Source: the human T2T-CHM13v2.0 reference genome, Homo sapiens. Taken from it: a DNA stretch of 64,000 bases. The notes under the pieces were generated by a model. The model was not told the DNA's origin, searched no databases, and saw only the letters and a program-made list of their open reading frames with translations. Position numbers and translations under genes: made by a program. Positions 53,134 to 64,000 of this stretch are shown piece by piece; the stretch's first letter is position 1, and each line of letters starts with the position of its first letter. Where the stretch lies: the NCBI RefSeq assembly GCF_009914755.1, contig NC_060947.1; one strand, 5' to 3'.

Positions 53134-56121
53134 CATATGAATGTACAAATTTACATTTCTGTCAACAGTTTGCAACAGTTTTCTTCTCTGCACGTCTTCT
53201 CCAACACTTGCTCTCTTTCATTTTGATAGCCATTCTTGCAGCTTTTAAGTCATATGTCATTATGGTTATAATATGTACTTCTCTGATTATTAATGATGTT
53301 GAGTTTTTTTATATGTTTATTGGGCATTTGTATGCCTTCTTTTGTGAAATGTCTGTTCAGGTCCTTTGCCCATTTTATAATTGAGTTATTTGTTTTCTAA
53401 GTATTAATTTATTTGAGTTCCTTGTATAGATTGCATATTAAACCCTGATCAGATGTATGGTTTGCAAGTATTTTCTCTCATTCTGTCAGTTGCTTCTTCA
53501 CTCTGTTGATTGTTCCCTTGACATTACAGGAGCTTTTTGGTTTGATGTACTCTCATTTGTCTATTTTTGCTTTTTTGCCTTTGCTTTTGGGGTAATATAT
53601 AAAAATATCATTGCCCAGACCAATGTTATAGAGATTTTCCTGTGGATTATCTTCTAGTAGTTTTATGGTTTTAGTTCTTACACTTAGGTCTTTAATACAT
53701 TTTGAATTATTTTATTTGATTTCTATTTATTTTTATTTGTAATTTTTAAAAATTTCAATAGTTTGGGGGTGCAGGTGGCTTTTGGTTACATGGATAAGTT
53801 CTTTAGTGGTGGTTTTTGAGATGTTAGTGCACGCATCACCCAAGCAGTGTACACTGTACCCAATATGTAATATTCTATCCCTCACCCCACTCCCAACCTT
53901 CCCCTACCTGAATCCCCAAAGTCCATTATATCAGTCATGCCTTATGCATACTCATAGATTAGCTCCCACTTATAAGTGACAACCAATGATATTTGGTTTT
54001 CCATTCCTGAGTTACTTTAATTAGAATTAAAACCTCCAGCTTATTCATGTTGCTGCAAAAGACATTATTTTATTTCTTTCTATGGTTGAGTAGTATTCTA
54101 TAGTGTATATGAACCACATTTCTTATCCAGTCATTTGTTGAATGGCATTTAGATTGATCTCATATTTTGGCAACTGGAAATTGTGCTGCTATAAACATGT
54201 GTGTGCATATGTCTTTTTCATGTAATGACTTCTTTTCCTTTGGGTAGATACACAGTAGTGGGATTGCTGAATCAAATGGTAGTTCTACTTTTACTTCTTT
54301 AAGGAATCTTTATACTATTTTCCACAGTAGTTATATTAATTTACATTACCACCAGCAGTGTAAAAGTGTTCCCTTTTCACCACATCGATGCTAACATCTA
54401 TTATTTTTGACTTTTTAATTAAGGCCATTCTTGCAGGAGTAAGGTGGTATCTCATTCTGGTTTTATTTTGCATTTCCCTGATGATTAGTAATTTGGGGCA
54501 TTTTATACGTTTGTTGGCTGTTTGTATATCTTCTTTTGAGTATTGTCTATTCATGTCCTTTGCTATTTTTTGATGGGATTTTTTTTCTTGCTGATTTGTT
54601 TGAGTTCCTTGTAAATTCTGGGTACTATTCTTTTGTTAGATGCATAGTTTGAGAATATTTTCTCCCATTCTGTGAGTTCTCTCTTTACTCTAGTGATTAT
54701 TTCTTTTGCTATGCAGAAGACTTTTAGTTTAATCAGGTCCCATCTATTTATTTTTGGATTTGTTGCATTTGCTTTTGGAGACTTAGTAATGAATTATTTG
54801 CCTAACCTAATGTCCAGAAAAGTTTTTCCTATGTTATCTTCTAGAATTTTTATGGTTTTAGGTCTTAGATGTAATTTTTTTTATTTATCTTGAGTTGATT
54901 TTTGTATAAGGTGAAAGATGTGCATCCAGTTTCATTCTTCTACATATGGCTTGTCAGTTTTCCCAGAACCATTTATTGAATAAAGTGTTCTTTCTCAAAT
55001 TTATATTTTTGTATGCTTTGTCAAAGATTATTTGGCTGTAAATATTTGGATTTTTTTCCAGGTTCTTTATCCTGTTCCATTGGTCTATGTTCCTATTTTT
55101 ATAACAGTACCATGTTGTTTTGGTAACTGTAGCCTTGTATAATTTGAAGTCAGGTGATGTGATGCCTCCAGATTTGTTCTTTTTGTTTAGTATTGCTTCA
55201 GCTATGTGAGCTCTTTTTTGGTTCCATACGAATTTTAGGATTCTCTTACTACTTCTGTGAAGAATGATGATGGTATTTTGATGGGAATTGCATTGAATCT
55301 GTGGATTGCTTTTAGCACTACGGTCATTTTCACATTATTGATTCTACCCATCCATGAGCATGGGATGTGATTCCATTTGTTTGTGTCACCTGTGATTTCT
55401 TTCAGCAGTGTTTTGTAGTTTTCCTTGTAGAAATCTTCCATCTTCTTGGTTATGTATATTCCTAAGTATTTTTCTGTAGCTGTTATAAAAAAGGTTAAGT
55501 TTTGGATTTGATTCTCAGCTTGGTTGTTGTTGGTGCTTAGCAGTGCTGCTGATTTGTCCACATTGATTTTGTAACCTGAAAATCTACTGAATTCATTTAT
55601 CAGATCTAGAAATTTTTGGATGAGTCTTTAGGATTTTCTAGGTATACAATTATATCATCAGTGAACAATGACAGTTTGACTTCCTCTTTTCTAAGTTGCA
55701 TACCCTTTAATTCCTTTTTTTTTTTTTTGTCTGATTGCTCTGGCTAGGACTTCCTGTACTATGTTGAATAGAAGTGGTGAAAGTTGACATCCTTGTGTTT
55801 TCCAGTTATCAGCAGAATGCTTTCAACTTTTCCCCATTCAGTATAATGTTGGCTGTGGGTTTGTCATATATGGCTTTTATTACTTTGAGGTAAGTCCACT
55901 GCATGCCTATTTTGTTGAGGGTTTTTATCATAAAGGGATACTGGATTTTATCAAATGCTTTTTGTCTGTCTATAGATATAATTATATGGTTTTTGTTTGC
56001 AATTCTATTACTAATGTGATGTATTACATTTATTGATTTGCACATGTTAAACCATTTCTGCATCCCTGGAATGATACTTACTTAATCATGATATTTTAGA
56101 TGTGCTGTTGAGTTCGGTTAG

Positions 56122-56517
56122 TGTATTAGTCCATTCTCACACTGCTATAAGTAGATACCTGAGATTGGGTAATTTATAAAGAAAAAAGTATAATTGGCCC
56201 AAAGTTCCACAGGCTGTACAGGAAGCATGATGCTGCCATCTGCTTAAATTCTGGGGAGGCCTCAGGAAACTTAAAATCTTGGCAGAACAGGTGAATCAGG
56301 GCATCTTACATAGTAGATAAGGGGCAAGAGAGAGTGAAGGGGGAGGGGCCCCACACTTTTAGACAACCAGATCTCATGAGTACTCTATCACAAGAACAGC
56401 ACCGAAGGGGAAAATCAGCCCCCATGATCCAAACACCTTCACCAGAGCCCACCTCCAACTCTGGATGTTACAATGCAATATAAGATTTGAGAAGGAACAG
56501 AAATCCAAATCATATCA
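56122..56517 (-). mobile_element. MST (MSTA-like) solo LTR nested in the L1
   Basis: tgtattagtccattctcacactgctataa...catatca; perfect TSD GTTAG at 56117-56121 and 56518-56522. Confidence 0.93.
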
Positions 56518-58151
56518 GTTAGCTAGTACTTTGTTGAGGATTTTTACATCTATGTTAATCAGAGATATTGGTCTCTCATTTTCTTTTTATTTTGTTATGT
56601 CCCTTCCTGGTTTTGGTATTAGGGTTACTGGCTTCATAGAATGATTTAAAGAGAAGTCCTTATTTCTATATCTTTTGGAATGGTTTCAGTAGGATTGGTA
56701 CCAATTCATCAAATATCTGATAGTATTCAGCTGTGAATCACTCTGGTCCTGGACTTTTTTGTTGTTGGCAATTATTTATTACTGATTCAATCTCACTGCC
56801 TGTTATTGGTCTGTTCAGGGTTTCTATTTTTTCTTGATTTAATTTAGCAGTGCTGTATGTTTCCAGGAATTTATCTATTTTCTCTAGATTTTCTAGTTTG
56901 TGCACAGAAAGATGTTCATAGTACCCTGAAATAATATTTTGTATTTCTGTGGTATTCTTTGTAATACCTCCAGTTTCATCTCTAATTGAGCTCATTTTGA
57001 TCTTGTCTCTTCTTATATTGGTTTATCTTGCTAATGGCTCATCAATTTTGTTTGTTTTTCCAAAGAACAAGATGTTGTTTTATTTATCTGTTGTATTGTT
57101 TATTTCGTTTCAATTTCATTTATTACTGCTTTGATTTTTGTTATTTCTTTTCTTCAGCTGGCTTTGGGTTTAGTTTGTTCTCGTTTCTATAGTTCCTTGA
57201 GGTGTATCATTAGGTTGTCAATTTGTGCTTTTACAAACTTTTTGATGTAGCCATTTAATGCTATAAACTCTTAGCACTGCTTTTGCTTTATTCCAGAGTT
57301 TTTGGTAAGTTTTGTCACTATTATCTTTTATATTCAACCCAAAAATCATTCCAGAGCAGATTATTTAATTTCCATTTATTGGTATAGTTTTGAGTGTTCC
57401 TTTTGGAGTTGATTTTCAGTTTTATTCCACTGTGGATGGAGAAAATATTTTAGATTTTCTTAAATTTATATAGATGTGTTTTGTGGCCTACTATACAGTC
57501 TATCTTGAAAAATGTTTCATGTGTTGATGAAAAGAATGCATATTCTGCAATTGTTGGGAAGAATGTTCTGTAAACATCTGTTAAATCCATTTGCTCTAGG
57601 GTATGGCTTAAGTCCATTTTTTTGTTGTCGTGGCCTTTCTGTCATGATTATCTATATAGTGCTATCAGTACATTTTCAGTTCCCCACTATTATTGGGTTG
57701 CTGTCTATCACATATTTTAAGTCTAGTAGTAATTATTTTATAAATCTGGGAGCTTCAGTGTTAGCTTTATATAAATTTAGGGTTGTAATATCTTCTCATT
57801 GGACTAATCTTTTTATCATTATATAATGTATTTTTTTTACTGCTGTTGCTTTAATGTCTATTTTATCTTATATAAAAATAGCTACTCCTGCTTGTTTTGG
57901 TTTGTATGTAATATATTTGTATGTAATATATTTTTCCACCCCTTTCCTGTAAATTGATATGAGTCCTCACATGTTAGATGAGTCTCTTGAAGACAGCAGA
58001 TATTTGGTTAGTGAATTTTTTTTTTTTATTCATTCTGCCATTCTGTACTTTTTAAGTGGAGCATTTAGGCCATTTACATTTAATGTTAATACTGAGATGT
58101 GGGGTACTGTTCTATTTATCATGTTAGTTGTTACCTAGCTACTTTTTTTCA

Positions 58152-58409
<258 letters not shown>

Positions 58410-59734
58410 AGATTTATGCTTTATTAAGGTACCACTTTGGTGCATATAAACCTTTTGTCTCAAAATTTAGAACTCCTTTTAACATTTCCTGTTGTGCTGG
58501 TTTGGTAGTGGTGAATTTTCTCAGCATTTGTTTGTCTGAAAAAGACTTTATGTCTCCTTCATTTATGAAACTTAATTTGGCTGGATATACAAATCTTGAC
58601 AGAATCATTTTCTTTTGGGAGGCTGAAGATAGGACTCTGATCTATTCTGGCTTCTAAAGTTTCTGTTGAGAAATCTGCTATTAGTTTGATAGATTTCACT
58701 TTAGAGGTTACCTGATGTTTTTGTCCCATAGCTCTTAAAATTATTTACTTTGTGTTGACTTCAGATAGCCTGATGACTATGTGCCTTGGTAATGATCTTT
58801 TTGGAATAGATTTCCCAGGGGTGCCTTGAATTTCTTGTATTTCATATCTGGATCTCTAGCAAGGCCAGGAAACTTTTTTTTCAATTATTTCTTTAATTTT
58901 TCAAGCACTTAAACTTCTCTTCTTCCTCAGGAACACCAATCATTCTAAGGTTTGGCCATTTAACATAATCCCATATTTCTTGAAGACTTGGTTTGTTTCT
59001 TTCGAATCTATTTTTTAACATTGATTAGAAGTTCTGACTGTTGTTTTCTTTATGATACATATCTCTCTGGTAAATTTTTTATTGTATTCTAATTTTTAAA
59101 ATTTCTTTATGTTGGTTTTTGCCTTCCTCTAGTGGCTCCCTGAATAGCTTTATAATCAACCTTCTGAATTATTTATCTGATATTTCTTGGTTTGGATTAA
59201 TTACTGTGGAGCTAGTGTAATCTTTTTGGGGTTTTATAGAACCCTGGTTTCTCACATTACCAGATTTACTTTTCTAGTTTCTTCTCATTTGTGTAGAATA
59301 TTTCTTCAAATTGTTTTCGAATTTATTTTTGATTTGACCATATTTTATTTTTTTCCTCTTAAGGATCTGATTTTAGTGTTTGTAGTTTATCACAGCCTGA
59401 TTTGTTTCTTGGTGCCATTAAGTGTGAATACTCTGTATGCATTTCTTAGTTATAGAGGGTCTTTGTGCACTGGCTTTCCCAGATGCTGGTTGTAGTAGTT
59501 ACGTACTTGGTGTGTGGGCAAGTTCATTGTCTCCTATGGAGTTGGAATGGCAAGAATGTTCTAAAGCCTATCTCATTCTCCTATAGTGCACACAATTTTA
59601 AGTTATTTTCCCAGTATTTTATTTACTGAGTTGAAGATTCAAGATTCAGGTCAGTAGGGGAAGGATCCCTGGGTAGGCAATGGTTGTAGCTAAAGCAGGT
59701 AAGTTGATGTTGTACCCAATGGTTTTAAGCATTT

Positions 59735-59890
59735 GTAGACCTTGGTTTCAGTCCAAGCTTTGTCCCTACCTAATTTTGTGATTTTAAAAACGCTATATCA
59801 CTTATCCATCTTTTAGTTTCATTACAGGTAAATGAGAAAATTGGTTTACATAATACTTGAGGTCTCTTCCGAGTGTAAAATTCTTTGATT
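59735..59890 (+). mobile_element. MIR
   Basis: Degenerate MIR core and 3' end (agacctt..ttcagtcc...ttttgtga...taaatgag...aaaattctttgatt). Confidence 0.5.
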
Positions 59891-60769
59891 TCATATTCAT
59901 GCGCAAATCATCCAGTCTTGGATATGGAATAGGGAATTAGGCCCGAAGTTGTTTATTTTTAAGAAAGTTCACTTCCCTCCCACTTTCAAAGCATCAATGA
60001 GGAGAAAATCTTTTTAAAATGTTACTTATTTTATTTCATCCATATCTAATTACAAGGGCTAGTATTAAATTTTTAGGTTGCTGCACAACATCTGATTTAT
60101 AGTAAGGCAGGTGTCAGCTTACTATTCTCCATAGCATAAAACTACAGGATAGTAGGAGAAACCAAGCAAACTTTTTGGGAGTGCAAATTAAGGCCTGACT
60201 TCAAAACTTCCACTTACATAAACAGAACTACCACTGCATGTGAAAAACTCTTATTTTTTTAATTATATGGTTGTATATGAAATACGATTCAGTGTGAGGC
60301 AGAAATGCAGTTAACTTTGGAGTAAATGTTCAGTCTAATGCAAAACAGATGATAGGTGTGAGTACTACTTAAACTCCTGATTCAAAGACATTAATATATT
60401 AATTAGGGAATAATTGCTGTATACACCAGACTAATACTATTTCTCAAGAGCACATCAACAAGTTTAGCAAACAGTGGCTTCTTGCTCTTAATCATCAATG
60501 CTCAAACACCCAGGAATCAAGCAGGACGTGGTTATGTTGATGCAGTAGGTGCTAAGAGAACTAAAAAGTCAAACAGCGAAATTTATCTTCATTCTACCAA
60601 ATATATAAGTCGCTAGTCAATCAAGTGTCCAGAAATTTCAATCTCTAATGCTGTTATTTAAAATGAGAATCATCATAGGTACCAAAATAAGAAAAAATAA
60701 ATAAAACCTATTATTTGATGAGCATAATAGGATTACTAGAATCAATAATAACTTAATTGCATGTTTTAG

Positions 60770-60968
60770 AGTTACTTAAATAATTTAACTTCATTGTAAC
60801 ACACAATAAATACTTTAGGAATGGATGGATACCTCATTCTCCATGATGTGTTTATTTGACTTTGCAAACTTGTATCAAAACATCTTATGCACGTTGTAAA
60901 TATATACACTATATACACCTACTGTGTACCCACAAAAATTTTTAAAATATTAGGAATAATAAAATAAA
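60770..60968 (+). mobile_element. L1MA 3' terminal fragment
   Basis: ttgtaacacacaataaatact...gatggatacctcattctccatgatgtg...ctactgtgtacccacaaaaatt-like motifs. Confidence 0.75.
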
Positions 60969-62169
60969 ATGAGAATAAAACATTTAAAAGAAGGGTTGAC
61001 TGATACAGTTATACAGCTATCTATTCTAATAACTTATGTTCCCAAGTACTTTAAAAATTCCTTTGAGTCATTAGTATATAAGAGAGACAGGATCTAACTC
61101 TTTTCAAACTCACTAAATACAGAACAAAAGCAATGAGATTTACTTGTGAGGAAGAAGAATTGAGGAATAAAAATGATTCTACTCTGAACAGGTGAATTAT
61201 GTAGATCATCTGTAGATTAAAAATAAAGGTGAACTACAATACCCTTGTCTGGAATCAACACATTACATTACTCTAATTAGATAATTCCCAAGATCTGTTG
61301 CAGATTAAGCAATTTATGATTAAAACTTGATGAAGAATAAGTGTCCCCTAGAAGGTTTCCCTAGGTCTTTTGTATTTTACTAACTTTCTTACAATTTCCA
61401 ATACAAAGAATAGGAAGCTTACTCAGAACTCATTTTAACAAGATCAAAAACTAGGTATTAAACTAGCAAGAAAGCTTGCTCATTTGACCATCTAGCAGAT
61501 TCCTTTTTCCAAAGTAATCATGTGATCTTGTGTAAAATCTTAACCTAGACTTCAGTTTCTTTCTCTGAAAAAAAGCAATGGGAGAGTGAACTATATTATT
61601 TTTAACAATTCTTCCAATTTTATATTGTATGACTACAACTAAGGGAGACACAAAAGGAAATAATTGGTTAGACTTTAAGAGATAAGCCTTAAAAAGTCAT
61701 TTTAAAAAGCTATTGGAAGCAAAGTGGGAGGGAAAAATTGAGATCAGTCAGGTGGATTCTGAGAAATAAAATTGTGAAGGAAAACTACCAGAGAATTGGG
61801 AGAATCACTAGCTTGCAATATGTGTTTTCCAAACTCTCAGATTGCTTTCCTCATGCTGATCCCACAGATACACATTTCACAAACCCACAAAGCTCATCAA
61901 GCCCAGCTAGAAAGTGATTCTTGCTTACGGCTTTATATAAAAGCATAGTAAATGGTGCATTTTTTGGATAACATTACATAGTAAATTTTAACTAATTAGG
62001 TGTAATTGAAGATGAAGTAGGGGTGTGAAAGGAGAGGGCAGTTTGAACTAACATTTAGATGTCTAAATTACTGACCAGATTTAAAATATGGAAGTCTATT
62101 ACTTTCAAGAGGATGTAAAAACTTTCATTAAGTTCACAAAGCTCTTTTTTATCAATCAAAATAAGTTGT

Positions 62170-62435
62170 GTCTGTCAGGTGCTACCTCTTCATTGTGAAG
62201 CCTTCTCTGATATCCCCCAGTCAGAAAGAAACATTTCTTTTTTTATTCTTTCACAGTGTATACCTATCCTCTATTAAGTACTTATGACATTCTATAGTAT
62301 GGTACTGGAAAGTATTGACACTTGTGTCTCACTCACTAGATTGTAAATCCACTCTGTAGACTCTCTGGGTCAAGCAAAGTACCTTGTGAATATTGAGTAT
62401 TAATTAGCAGATGTTAAATTGAATCAATTGGTAGA
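62170..62435 (+). mobile_element. L2 3' end
   Basis: tgtgaagccttctctga...cactagattgtaa...taattagcagatgttaaattgaat. Confidence 0.55.
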
Positions 62436-62984
62436 AATAAATCAGCTGATGCATGTTTACAAGAATAGACAATCAAGAGAATTAAGTGAGCAAGTTAATT
62501 CTATGTAACGATCCCAGCAGCTTTTAACATGGTCAAGGATGCCTAAAAACAGCTTATTCTCTTAGCTTTTATCTGTTCCATTCTGTACACCTCTGCCAAT
62601 CTTGTTCATATAATAAATTTTCAGTATGAAGAGAAAGTTTGTCAAGAAAAGATACACTTTTCCAGAACCTCTGTCCATAATCATAAGTTTTGAATGAGCT
62701 CAAATTGAAGATTACACTATATAATGTAGATAGTCTCAGAATAAGCCATGTAATAACTAATATTTCCCTCATATGCTCTCAAGAAATGTAGAGTGCTTTG
62801 AAAACCTGTAGCTATTTCTTTAATGTTTAATGCTTTTTTTATGGTTTCCTAAGACACAGTTAGTTTCAATAACCGTATTGATTTTATAATAATACTAATA
62901 ACACCACACAGATTCACAGCCGAATTCTACTAGATGTTCAAAGAAGATCTAGTATCATTCCTACTGAAACTATTCTAAAAAGTT

Positions 62985-64000
<1,016 letters not shown>

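Noticed and set aside
61415-61495. Minus-strand exon candidate (WSNEQAFLLV*YLVFDLVKMSSE) with a GTAAGC donor
   Set aside because: There is no polypyrimidine tract, the acceptor side runs into MIR-like sequence, and it has an in-frame stop.

Overview
Primate (human/ape-like) genomic DNA that is AT-rich, CpG-depleted and made mostly of retrotransposon remnants. It holds five long LINE-1 copies, many older L1M/L2/MIR fragments and several Alus. It also holds two ERV1 solo LTRs, two MST (MaLR) LTRs and one complete HERV-L provirus with both MLT2A LTRs and a 5-bp target-site duplication (TSD). There are two processed pseudogenes on the minus strand, from GRPEL2 (~7157-7874) and BLOC1S2 (~35280-36472). 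No intact cellular protein-coding gene is visible. Nearly all ORFs in the track are decayed L1, HERV-L or Alu frames, or chance ORFs. I found no convincing novel biological system. The best leads are: (i) one L1-endonuclease target site used in series, leaving three copies of the same TSD; (ii) an intact, splice-competent L1 ORF0; (iii) a full HERV-L with DUX4-like motifs in both LTRs; (iv) weak, unverified minus-strand exon-like fossils in the repeat-free islands. Subfamily names come from recalled consensus features, not from a RepeatMasker run.
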